Assembly: GCA_937960755.1 (NCBI GenBank)
Contig: CALGOL010000245.1
Coordinates: 1 to 57,657 of the forward strand
Direction: 5' to 3'
DNA length: 57,657 nucleotides
Source: an uncultured Azospirillum sp.
GTDB lineage: Bacteria; Pseudomonadota; Alphaproteobacteria; Azospirillales; Azospirillaceae
Both the position numbers and the translations under genes were made by a program. Below are positions 29,866 to 38,823 of the stretch, piece after piece (within the stretch, counting starts at the first letter, position 1; every line of letters begins with the position of its first letter). Below the pieces are notes generated by a model. It was not told where the DNA came from, searched no databases, and was given only the letters and a program-made list of their open reading frames with translations.

Positions 29866-29974
29866 TTATCCCGCAAAAAACATCGTATAAATATAAGCAG
29901 GATAACACAAGTGATATCAATATGATATAGAATTTTATCCAGCAAACATTGTTCAATGTGGTTATGCAGGATAA
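29866..29974. promoter_or_regulatory. Twin inverted-repeat operator upstream of the nucleotidyltransferase
   Basis: TTATCCCGC-N22-GCAGGATAA (29866-29905) and TTATCCAGC-N22-GCAGGATAA (29935-29974). Confidence 0.65.
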
Positions 29975-30149
29975 ATTAATATAATTCAGTATGATAGCCT
30001 GTCTGACAATTCATGTTGATCGCTGCCGCTTCACTTCGAGGACTGCTCGATGGCGAGCGGGCCGGAGCGCACCGCTGATCGTTTTCAAGACAGCAAAATG
30101 AGGGCAACTTCCTGAGAAAATTCTATTCGCGCCGACTGACGTGTACGAA

Positions 30150-30207
30150 AAATCAAGAAAAGCGGCAACTTTCGACAGCGCGAAGGCCAGCCTTTTAGGC
30201 TCAGAAT
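30150..30207 (+). promoter_or_regulatory. Activator box and -10 of traN
   Basis: AAATCAAGAAAAGCGGCAACT 30150-30170; CAGAAT at 30202. Confidence 0.55.
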
Positions 30208-30243
30208 GTTGCAGCGAATCAACTTCTTCATCGTGCAGCCGCT

Positions 30244-32937
30244 ATGCGCCTTATCCTCTCGGGTTTACGACGGCTGATCGCCTTTGCGCTCGCCGTGACG
30301 CTGCTGCTCAACGGATCGTATGCGGCGTGGGCCGACGCCATTCAAAGCGGCGCTCAGCAGGCCGCCGCGACCGCGGCGGCCATCACGCCCAAGCCGGGCG
30401 ATCTCTATTCGACGGACGCTCACGGCGACATATCATTTTGGCCGAACAGCGCATCGCCCACCAACGTGTCGATCGGCGATTTATATCGCGGGGCGACCGG
30501 CGGGTCCACGCACCCGGAACAAAATCTTTACGGAGACGACAGCGCGATGGGCACCGCCGGCGCAGCGGCCCACCAGTCTTTGCAAGCAGACCCCACCACC
30601 ACCGGAGACGCCTACCGTACGCTCATAGGTTCGATGAACAAAACCCGACCTGACCTGACAAACGACCCCGTATGGACGCAAACCGACCAAACGCTAAAAA
30701 CAACGACCGATTTGACCAGTGATTTTGGTGATTGCTCGACGTCCAACACGTTCAACAGCGGCGTCAGAATCAGCCATATTCCTGATTACAAGACCTGTGA
30801 GCGGATCACCGATAATTCCAGGACTTGCCAGCTTGCGCACTATTACCGCGTTGGGGTGCTCGAGCACGTCTCTGGCCCTTTAAATTTGGACAGCTGCGGC
30901 TCGGGCTGCGTCGATATCTGGATTGGCACAGTCGGCGATAACTATTGGGGCGGCATGTGCTCGATTTTTGAACAGTCAATCGGTGTAAATATTTTTAACC
31001 CTACTGCAGTGCAATCCGCTCACTTGAGCTATGTAAAATGGGACGACTACATTCAAATTTTCCTTAATAACTCAAAAGTATGGTCGGGACCTGACGGCCG
31101 CTTTCCACCGGAAACGGATGGACCGTGCGAGCTGAAAACCGAATGGCAAGCGTCGCCCAACGCCGATGTGACCGCCTATTTTAAACAAGAGGGCAGGCTC
31201 GATTTCAAGATCCGAGTGTCGGTGGGCAACCGCGGTGAGGGCTACGCCAAAATCCGCGTGCGCTACGATCCGGCCAAAATCATTTCCAAGGATGAATGGA
31301 CGCCGCCCGATTGTGAGAAAAGCGCCCGCGGCATTGCCGACGGTTTTTGCTCCGGTACCGCCGTCTGTACCGACATGCCGCTGGTGGACGCTGATGGTTG
31401 TGCGACCTTGGACGGAATCAAGTTGTGTCCGGGCGACATGCCGCCGATCGGAGCCGGTCTCTCGCCACTTTGTCGTAAGGCGACGATCAACGCCGCTTGC
31501 GATTTCTATAAGGGCCAGATGGATTGCTGGACAGATCCGCAAGGTCAGCAGCATTGCCCGAACACGAGCGGCGAGAACCTCGCTTCCTGCACCCAGTTTG
31601 AGCAAACCCCCGGCTGCGGCTTTATCTCGTCGTCATGCCTTGAAGGGGCGATGGGGGCGAGCGGAGCCTGCTACGTTGTCAATGAGATTTGGGATTGCGG
31701 CCATAACGTTTCGATCCCAACAAAAACCAGAACCTCGACGACGACCTGCGACGGAACGATCCGCTGCATGGGAACGGAATGCGTCAACCCCGTCTCCGAA
31801 CTCAACAGCGACTTTGGCAAGGTGTCGGCGCTGCTGCAGGCGGCGCAGTTCATGGCCATGGACGCCGACTGCAATGAGGACACGACTGAGGTCAACCGGA
31901 ACTGCACAGTATTCAAGGGCAAAAAGAAGGAGTGCAAGAAGGCGGTCGGCGGCATCGTTGATTGCTGCAATCAATCGACCGGTGTTTCGCTCGCCGACTA
32001 CGTCACGCTCATAATGGCCGTCGGTAAACTGGATGGCGCCGTCATGGCGCTTGACAAATCCAGCTCCATCCGGGGAGCCTGGGAGACGATGCGTCAACCT
32101 ATAGACAGCGCCTGGACCGAGGTGCAGAAGCCGTTCGTCAGCGCCTGGGAAAATATCTGGGGCGGCTCGGAAGCGGTTGCCGATGATGTGGCGGCGAAAG
32201 GGCTGATCACCACCATACAGCAAGAGCTGATGGAGCAAGTGGCCGAATGGACTACCCAGGCGTTCGGGGAGCAAGCGACAAACCTGCTATTTTCCCGCGT
32301 CGCCCAAGACGGCGCGGTCGGAGCCGCCGTCGGTGAAGGCGCCGGAACGGGCGCGCTCCAACTGGGCGGCGGGCAGGCGCTGATCGGCACGGCGCTCTCG
32401 TGGGTCATGACCGCCTACACGATCTATTCGATCACCATGATCCTGATCAAAATGATCTGGGCGTGCGAGCAAAGCGAGTTTGAACTCGCCGCGCAAAAGC
32501 AGCTCAAGAACTGCCATTATGTCGGCGGCTATTGCAAAACCAAGGTGTTGGGCGCCTGCATCGAAAAGCGGGACGCCTACTGTTGCTTCAATTCGCCGCT
32601 CAGTCGCATCATTCAAGAACAGGTTCGGCCCCAGCTCGGCATGCCCTGGGGAGCGGCTAAAAGCCCTTCATGCGACGGGCTTACGCCCGAGCAACTGACG
32701 GCGGTGGACTGGACGCTGGTCGATCTCAGCGAATGGCTGGGCATTCTGGCGGAGACCGGGCACCTGCCCGATGAGAGCAAGATGACGATGGCGCTCACGG
32801 GAGCGGGTTCATCGCTTAATCTCGGCGCCCGCGACGACGCGGCGACGCGCGCGGTTGATCGGGTCAATGGGGTCAATGCCGGAACCATACGCAACTCGGC
32901 CGGCGAAGAGGTGCGCACCGGATATTTCCCGCGCTGA
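30244..32937 (+). CDS. traN: TraN mating-pair stabilisation protein
   Basis: Cys-rich; HIPDYKTCER, WIGTVGDNYW, CKKAVGGIVDCC, YCCFNSPLSRIIQEQ, VDLSEW. Confidence 0.95.
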   Translation: MRLILSGLRRLIAFALAVTLLLNGSYAAWADAIQSGAQQAAATAAAITPKPGDLYSTDAHGDISFWPNSASPTNVSIGDLYRGATGGSTHPEQNLYGDDSAMGTAGAAAHQSLQADPTTTGDAYRTLIGSMNKTRPDLTNDPVWTQTDQTLKTTTDLTSDFGDCSTSNTFNSGVRISHIPDYKTCERITDNSRTCQLAHYYRVGVLEHVSGPLNLDSCGSGCVDIWIGTVGDNYWGGMCSIFEQSIGVNIFNPTAVQSAHLSYVKWDDYIQIFLNNSKVWSGPDGRFPPETDGPCELKTEWQASPNADVTAYFKQEGRLDFKIRVSVGNRGEGYAKIRVRYDPAKIISKDEWTPPDCEKSARGIADGFCSGTAVCTDMPLVDADGCATLDGIKLCPGDMPPIGAGLSPLCRKATINAACDFYKGQMDCWTDPQGQQHCPNTSGENLASCTQFEQTPGCGFISSSCLEGAMGASGACYVVNEIWDCGHNVSIPTKTRTSTTTCDGTIRCMGTECVNPVSELNSDFGKVSALLQAAQFMAMDADCNEDTTEVNRNCTVFKGKKKECKKAVGGIVDCCNQSTGVSLADYVTLIMAVGKLDGAVMALDKSSSIRGAWETMRQPIDSAWTEVQKPFVSAWENIWGGSEAVADDVAAKGLITTIQQELMEQVAEWTTQAFGEQATNLLFSRVAQDGAVGAAVGEGAGTGALQLGGGQALIGTALSWVMTAYTIYSITMILIKMIWACEQSEFELAAQKQLKNCHYVGGYCKTKVLGACIEKRDAYCCFNSPLSRIIQEQVRPQLGMPWGAAKSPSCDGLTPEQLTAVDWTLVDLSEWLGILAETGHLPDESKMTMALTGAGSSLNLGARDDAATRAVDRVNGVNAGTIRNSAGEEVRTGYFPR

Positions 32938-32969
32938 AAAAAAGACCTGCCGCACTTCCGCGCGGCAGG
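32937..32969 (-). terminator. Intrinsic terminator between traN and acaB
   Basis: CCTGCCGC/GCGGCAGG stem with an A-tract on its left (U-tract on - strand). Confidence 0.65.
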
Positions 32970-33006
32970 CAAGGTCAAGGGAGAAACACGGCCCGCATGA
33001 TGCCGG

Positions 33007-33768
33007 TCAGTCGTCGTCGTCGCCCTCGTCGGCGGCAGGCGCAACCGGCTCGACCTGCAAGAGGGTCGCGCCCGTTTCTTCCTGCGCGGCGCCCCTGACC
33101 GCTTCTATGGCCGCAGCCCCGCTTTCCTTCGCTTTCTCCCAAATCGAAACCGCAACGACGGCGCACTCCCGCGCGAATTGCCGGATTGGTCGATGAAATT
33201 GCCTAACGACCTGGGCCTTCTCGTCGTCGGCGACGAGGCCGGCGAACCACAGCGCGTCGATCTTCACGCAGAGATGATCAAATTCGATCAGCAAGTTCAG
33301 GAAACTCATCGCCTGCGGCGACGTAATCTGGATTTCCTCCTCGAAAACCTTGGTGTAAGTCGGCTCTTGAGGCAGTGATGCGTTGTACGTCGCCGAATAT
33401 TGTTCCGTCACGCCTTTAAGGGATGCGTTCAATTCCTGCAGCCGACCGACAAGCCCTTCCATCAAGACGCCCGCCTGGGTCAATTGCTCGGGCCGGCTTG
33501 CGAACACGATGCGCATGACCACCGCGATCGCGTAGAGGTTGCGTATTGTTTTGCCCAAATGGGCTCGGGATATGACTTGAGCCGCTTCCGTCCGAAGAGT
33601 CACCCGCCTGATCATCACGGGGTGGGATTTCGCCGTGACCGGCTGCTTGGGTTGCTGCTTATCGCCGACCGGTTTCCGACGACGATCTGTGGCCGGAGAA
33701 CGGGTCCGGCCCTCACTTTCACCTTCCGTCCGTTTTCTTTCATCTTCCCTGGTCAACGTGTCCATCAT
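33007..33768 (-). CDS. acaB: AcaB-family (DUF1845) transfer regulator
   Basis: PTYTKVFEEEIQITSPQAMSFLNLLIEFDHLCVKIDALWFAG; convergent on traN and divergent from ssb as in IncC/SXT; start set at MMDTL. Confidence 0.75.
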   Translation of the reverse strand: MMDTLTREDERKRTEGESEGRTRSPATDRRRKPVGDKQQPKQPVTAKSHPVMIRRVTLRTEAAQVISRAHLGKTIRNLYAIAVVMRIVFASRPEQLTQAGVLMEGLVGRLQELNASLKGVTEQYSATYNASLPQEPTYTKVFEEEIQITSPQAMSFLNLLIEFDHLCVKIDALWFAGLVADDEKAQVVRQFHRPIRQFARECAVVAVSIWEKAKESGAAAIEAVRGAAQEETGATLLQVEPVAPAADEGDDDD

Positions 33769-33799
33769 TCCAATATCCCCAGAAATATCCGATAAATAA

Positions 33800-33856
33800 A
33801 TAATATCGAGCTTTTTGGAGCGCCGCCCTGTTGCAAAATTCTGATTTTTGCAATTT
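33800..33856 (-). promoter_or_regulatory. Activator box and -10 of acaB
   Basis: AAATTGCAAAAATCAGAATTT on - (33856-33836); TATTAT starting at 33805. Confidence 0.65.
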
Positions 33857-34115
33857 ATCGATAGGCTACATTTGCTCTTTTTTTGCCGCGGATCATCGGA
33901 TAAACTGACGTCAATGATCCTGGTTTGCTTGTGCAAACGGGAGCATGCCGGGAGCCTCATCGGGTGATCGGCTGACTTGGGCCATAGTCATAAAACGGCC
34001 GTCAACCTTGCTGCGCTTGATGCGCGGCTTCCCCCAGAACATCCGCCATCAGAACGACCATCGTCCAAGATGGACGACTGCGTTCTGATCGGCATTTTTT
34101 CGCGAGGACACGACA

Positions 34116-34517
34116 ATGAGCGCCAGCATGAACAACTGCGTTTTTTCAGGACGCCTCGGTCGTAGCGCTGAGTTGCGGACGACGCAAAACGGCAAAAAGG
34201 TTTTGAACTTTCCGCTCGCCGTGGAAAACGGCTTCGGTGAAAACAAGACCGCCATGTGGATTGAGTGCGCACTTTGGGGCGACCGCGGTGAACGGTTAGC
34301 TCAACATTTGGTGAAAGGCAAAGAAGTGGTGATTTCCGGCTCGATCAGCCTGACGGAATTCACCAAACGCGACGGTTCGGGCGTCAAGGACAAAAAGCTG
34401 TCTTTGACCGTGAACGACATCCAAATGTTCGGCGGCGGACAGTCGGCGAAAAAACCGGAATCAGGCGCCGGATACACTGCTGACGGCTTTCCGGTAGACG
34501 ACAATATGCCGTTCTAG
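34116..34517 (+). CDS. ssb: Single-stranded DNA-binding protein
   Basis: GRLGRSAELRTT, WIECALWG, LVKGKEV, acidic tail DDNMPF. Confidence 0.95.
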   Translation: MSASMNNCVFSGRLGRSAELRTTQNGKKVLNFPLAVENGFGENKTAMWIECALWGDRGERLAQHLVKGKEVVISGSISLTEFTKRDGSGVKDKKLSLTVNDIQMFGGGQSAKKPESGAGYTADGFPVDDNMPF

Positions 34518-34625
34518 GATTTCCCGTTCTAGCCAACACGAATTTTATCCCAACCCCGAAGGGGCGCTTCGACCCGCCAGGGGGAGACGCCCCTTCGATG
34601 CAAACATCTGAAGGGAGCCGCGCAT

Positions 34626-35735
34626 ATGGGACAAATTGTTGAACTGAAGAGGGATAGCGGCGGCGTGAGCCGTATCGCATACCCCAAAACCGCTGCCGCG
34701 GCCGGCATCTCTCCGGAGATGTGGACCGTGCTGAGCGACAGCATTTACCCCGGCGCTCAAACCGCCGAAGGCATCTTGCTCGCCTACGCCTACTGCAAGG
34801 CCCGCAATCTCGACGTCATGAAAAAGCCGGTCCACGTCGTGTCGATGTGGAGCACCAGGGTTAACGGCTACGTCGAAACGGTGTGGCCCGGTGTCGGTGA
34901 GCTGCAAACCACAGCCGCCCGGACGGGTCTTTACGCCGGTCTCGACGAACCGGTCTTCGGCCCGGAAATCACCAAAACATTCACGGCGCTATTCGACAAT
35001 GGCGCCAAAACCATCACGGTCACATTCCCCGAATGGGCCAAGACGACGGTCTATCGGATCGTCCAGGGCGTTCGTTGCGCATTTACCGAACCGGTCTACT
35101 GGGAAGAAACCTTTTCTCGCGTCGGACGGCAAAACTATCCGACCGAAATTTGGGTTAGGCGTCCCAAAGCTCAGCTGGCCAAATGCGCCAAGGCTGCAGC
35201 TTTACGGGCGGCGTTTCCTGAAGAACTCGGGTTCTCGGCCGAGGAAATGGACGGTCGGATCATTGAAGCTGAAGAGGCGGTCCTCGACCGCAACAACCTT
35301 GCCGGCGGCGCAGTGAAACCGGAATCGGCGCCCCCTCCGGCCATGGAGGTGACGACGGACCTCAATCTTGGCGGCATTCCCGCCGATGTGCTGGCTTTCC
35401 TCAAACGCATTCTCGAACGCGTCAAGCAAAACAACGCTTGGGAGGCCGGGCTGCAGCACATCAACGGTAAACTGAACAGCGCCGACTTGCCGGCGGCGCG
35501 TCTTCTTTTCGAGCAATTCAAAGCTGAAGAAACGCTTGACGAGAAGGTTCGCCAAGCGTTGCGCGAACTCATCTGCCGAGCGCTCAGCAAGGCCAATGAT
35601 CAACCCGACGTTTGGGCGAAGGCCGAAGCGTATTTGGCTGATCAAAGATCGAAAAACAAACTCAAATCCAACGAATACGAAGTCGGCATCGGTGCGCTCA
35701 AAATCGCCCGCGAACTTCCGGCTTTCTATTCCTGA
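34626..35735 (+). CDS. bet: Bet single-strand annealing recombinase
   Basis: YCKARNLDVMKKPVHVV, AARTGLYAGLDEPVFG, QLAKCAKAAALRAAFPEE. Confidence 0.9.
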   Translation: MGQIVELKRDSGGVSRIAYPKTAAAAGISPEMWTVLSDSIYPGAQTAEGILLAYAYCKARNLDVMKKPVHVVSMWSTRVNGYVETVWPGVGELQTTAARTGLYAGLDEPVFGPEITKTFTALFDNGAKTITVTFPEWAKTTVYRIVQGVRCAFTEPVYWEETFSRVGRQNYPTEIWVRRPKAQLAKCAKAAALRAAFPEELGFSAEEMDGRIIEAEEAVLDRNNLAGGAVKPESAPPPAMEVTTDLNLGGIPADVLAFLKRILERVKQNNAWEAGLQHINGKLNSADLPAARLLFEQFKAEETLDEKVRQALRELICRALSKANDQPDVWAKAEAYLADQRSKNKLKSNEYEVGIGALKIARELPAFYS

Positions 35736-35751
35736 AACAAAGGAAACGATA

Positions 35752-35862
35752 ATGAACAATGGGCGGATCAAGCCGGCCAGTTTCCGGCATTTGGTCACGA
35801 TCAGCGGCGCATGCGCCGTCGTCGTGATCGCGCTGAACAAACCTGAAGCCAAACCGAACTGA
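35752..35862 (+). CDS. 36-aa ORF between bet and exo (orfZ position in SXT)
   Basis: AAGGAA RBS, MNNGRIKPASFRHLVTISGACAVVVIALNKPEAKPN fills the gap. Confidence 0.45.
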   Translation: MNNGRIKPASFRHLVTISGACAVVVIALNKPEAKPN

Positions 35863-35873
35863 AGGGGGCGGAC

Positions 35874-36836
35874 ATGCATGTGATTGACCTGGCGCAAGGC
35901 GGCCCTGAATGGCTCGCCTGGCGACGTCAGGGGGTCACGGCATCCGACGCGACGACCCTGACGGGCCGGAACCCGACGATCGCCGCGACGCCGTGGCGTT
36001 TGTGGATGGAGAAAAAAGGCAAGCTGACGCATGACGACGCGCAAGCATCTTATCCTGTCCGCCGGGGCCGCGAAGCGGAATCGACGGTGCGGGAATGGTT
36101 GGAGCGACGTTCGGGCGATATCTTGCTGCCGCTGTGCGGCGAATATGAAGCCTGGCCGGTGTTGCGCGCGTCCTTCGACGGCGTCACCTCCGCCGGCATA
36201 CCGGTCGAAATCAAGGTTCCGCTCGACGGAGGATTTCTTGAGGTTGAGGGGCTGGCGGAATCGTCTACACGATACCGGCGGTATTATCCTCAAGTTCAGG
36301 CCCAAATCGCCGTCGCCGACCAGGACCACGGCATCCTTGTGTTCGCCGAAGTCCAGCGCGGCCTTAGTGGAAATATGCAAGTGACCGACGCCCGGGAATT
36401 CATCGTCCGCCGCGATCAGTCGTTTATCGACGATATGATCCGCAAGGCCGAAGAATTTTGGGAGCTGGTTGAAACCGACTGTGAGCCCGCGAAAAACCCC
36501 GGTTCAGACTCGTATGAGCCGAGCGGGGGAGATATCGCGATGTGGCGTGAGGCGGCCTCAAAAATCGAGGAAGCCGACCGTCTGATAAAGGCTTACGAAG
36601 CGCAAATCACCTGGGCGAAGGCCCAGCGCGAGGAAGCGCAAACGCAACTGCTGAACCTCATGGGGCCTTACGCAAACGCATCGTTTGAAGGCGTGACTGT
36701 AAACCGGTTTCACCGGCGAGGTCATGTCGATTACGAAGCGATGCTGAAGAGCCTCGGCGTCGCCGTCGATCAAAAGACGCTTGACGCTCACCGGCGTCCC
36801 GGCGCCGCCGGCGTGCGCATCACCTGCAATCGCTGA
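35874..36836 (+). CDS. exo: YqaJ/lambda-Exo family exonuclease
   Basis: EWLAWRRQGVTASD, RASFDG, VEIKVP, YYPQVQAQ. Confidence 0.92.
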   Translation: MHVIDLAQGGPEWLAWRRQGVTASDATTLTGRNPTIAATPWRLWMEKKGKLTHDDAQASYPVRRGREAESTVREWLERRSGDILLPLCGEYEAWPVLRASFDGVTSAGIPVEIKVPLDGGFLEVEGLAESSTRYRRYYPQVQAQIAVADQDHGILVFAEVQRGLSGNMQVTDAREFIVRRDQSFIDDMIRKAEEFWELVETDCEPAKNPGSDSYEPSGGDIAMWREAASKIEEADRLIKAYEAQITWAKAQREEAQTQLLNLMGPYANASFEGVTVNRFHRRGHVDYEAMLKSLGVAVDQKTLDAHRRPGAAGVRITCNR

Positions 36837-36932
36837 AAACTCAAAAACAATTCTCATCAACCCATCTGGGGCGCCCGCATTTGCCCCGGAAGGGGGGAAT
36901 CCGGTCGCCCCTCAATTTTCGAGGCAACCGAC

Positions 36933-37886
36933 ATGACGCAACAGCTCCAACAAATCTCGATCGCCGAAGCCTTTGCTCTCGAAGGCGTGCCGGCGACGGT
37001 TACGACCCTCGGCTTTGAGGCCGGCGATAATCCTCTCGTCCCGCGCCGGGACGAAAACTACGTGTTCGACCGGGATCGGCTGCGAGCCGTGCTGGCATAC
37101 ACCGGCAACCCGCTAGGCGACGCGATGTGGCTGGGCGGCCCCTACGGATCGGGAAAAACCAGCCTGATCACGCAAACGCTGGCGCGGCTGAACTGGCCGA
37201 CCATCACGTTCTCCTGGCATGCTCGCCGGGAGTTCGCCGATCTCGTCGGTCACATGGGCATCCGTGACGGCCAAACTGTGTTTCAGCACGGGCCTCTGGC
37301 GTTGGCGATGATCCACGGCTATGCGCTGGTGATCAACGAAATCGACCGGGGCCACCCGGGCGAACTTATCGGCCTCAACGACGTGCTCGAAGGCCAGCCG
37401 CTGGTGATCCCGGAAACGGGCGAAGTCATCCGCCCGGCTGAAACCTTCCGCCTGTTCGTCACCGCCAACTCTATGGGTTCGGGCGACGACACCGGCTTGT
37501 TCGCAGGCTCGGTCAACCAACTGGACCCGGCGTTCCTGGATCGCTTTCGGGCGCTCCATGTGGACTATCCCCCGGTTCAGGTCGAAGACGACATCATCGC
37601 CCGGCTCGTTCCGAATCTTTCGGCGGACATTCGGGTGAAAATGATCGAGACGGCCGGCGAACTGCGCCGTCTCTTCGTCGGACACGACCAGGACGGCGGC
37701 GGCGAACTCACCGTCACCATGTCCACCCGGACGCTGCTGCGCTGGGCGAACCTGACGGTGCAATTCCGCTCGGCGCCGAACGCGGTGGCTTACGCCCTCA
37801 ACCTCGCCTTCACCAACCGGTGCCGGCCAAGCGAGGCGCAAGCCATTCGGTCCATCGCCGAAGCGAAATTCGGAGGGACATGGTGA
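36933..37886 (+). CDS. MoxR/CbbQ/CobS-like AAA+ ATPase
   Basis: GPYGSGKTS, INEIDR, FRLFVTANSMGSGD, AFLDRF, TMSTRTLLRW. Confidence 0.9.
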   Translation: MTQQLQQISIAEAFALEGVPATVTTLGFEAGDNPLVPRRDENYVFDRDRLRAVLAYTGNPLGDAMWLGGPYGSGKTSLITQTLARLNWPTITFSWHARREFADLVGHMGIRDGQTVFQHGPLALAMIHGYALVINEIDRGHPGELIGLNDVLEGQPLVIPETGEVIRPAETFRLFVTANSMGSGDDTGLFAGSVNQLDPAFLDRFRALHVDYPPVQVEDDIIARLVPNLSADIRVKMIETAGELRRLFVGHDQDGGGELTVTMSTRTLLRWANLTVQFRSAPNAVAYALNLAFTNRCRPSEAQAIRSIAEAKFGGTW

Positions 37887-38716
37887 TGTCGCCCCCGAAA
37901 CAAGGAGCAACAAGATGGCTGCTGACGCGCAAACAGCGCAACGGCGGTCCGTCACGGTCATGGGCCGTCGCCGTCATCGGCGATGATGTTTATGTGAGGT
38001 TTGGCGATACCGACGCCTCATTGCCCATGCATCACATACCGCCCGGCACCTGGGTGGCCGCAACAGCGCTGGAGGAAGCGGTTCGCCGCCTTTTCGACCA
38101 GCGCCGACAAGGCTACGAACCGCTGGGTCTGTGCGATTTCGACGATGAAGGCCTCCCCTTCAACGTCGTGATCAATCAGGGAACGGAAGCGGTCCCGGTC
38201 AACTTGACCACGACCGACACGCTCAACCGGTTTGACGCCGACTTCGTTTGGAGCCTCACGCTGTCCAATCCGGACAATCTGGGGCCTCTGGTGAAGGCGG
38301 CGGCCGAGACGCTGGCGGTCGCCGGCGTCGACATTAAATGGGTGGCCAAGGCCGGCTTGCCGTTCCGCGCTCCCCAAATCGGACGCTGCTTGTGGACCCC
38401 TCCTTTCGCCGTGCAAAAGGCGCGACCGGGAGAACAGCAAGGAGCGCTCAACCGCACAGACGGCCTTGACGCCTTATGGTTCATCCTTGTGATGCGCCTT
38501 TTGGCTCAGGAGCAGTCCGGCGTGCTTGAGCTTTTTCATAAAGATGCGACGCCGGTAGCGGCGGAGCCGCACAAAGACCAGCGTCTCTTCGAGGCGTTCG
38601 GCACGACGGCGCAAGCCCATTGGCCGATGCTTCAGGCTTTAGGCCTGGCGCCGGAGAAACTCTTGGTGCTGGCAGGAGAAGCGCCGGACCAAACGACCGC
38701 CGATGCGTGGTTTTAA
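37880..38716 (+). CDS. Hypothetical protein with WGR-like N-terminus
   Basis: SRSWAVAVIGDDVYVRFG...RRQGY; GGAGG RBS; ends DAWF. Confidence 0.65.
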   Translation: MVMSPPKQGATRWLLTRKQRNGGPSRSWAVAVIGDDVYVRFGDTDASLPMHHIPPGTWVAATALEEAVRRLFDQRRQGYEPLGLCDFDDEGLPFNVVINQGTEAVPVNLTTTDTLNRFDADFVWSLTLSNPDNLGPLVKAAAETLAVAGVDIKWVAKAGLPFRAPQIGRCLWTPPFAVQKARPGEQQGALNRTDGLDALWFILVMRLLAQEQSGVLELFHKDATPVAAEPHKDQRLFEAFGTTAQAHWPMLQALGLAPEKLLVLAGEAPDQTTADAWF

Positions 38717-38823
38717 CCCCGCCGCGACGAAACCAACCTTCAACAACTATCCCCAATCGGGGCGTGGAGACGAACCACCCCCAAGGGGGAGGTTCGTCTG
38801 CGCCTCATCAGCAGGAGCGGATT

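Noticed and set aside
33982-34040. Tenth activator box for the ssb operon
   Set aside because: Only the AAAACGGC core and a weak CAGAAC match; flanking AAAT/ATTT are absent.
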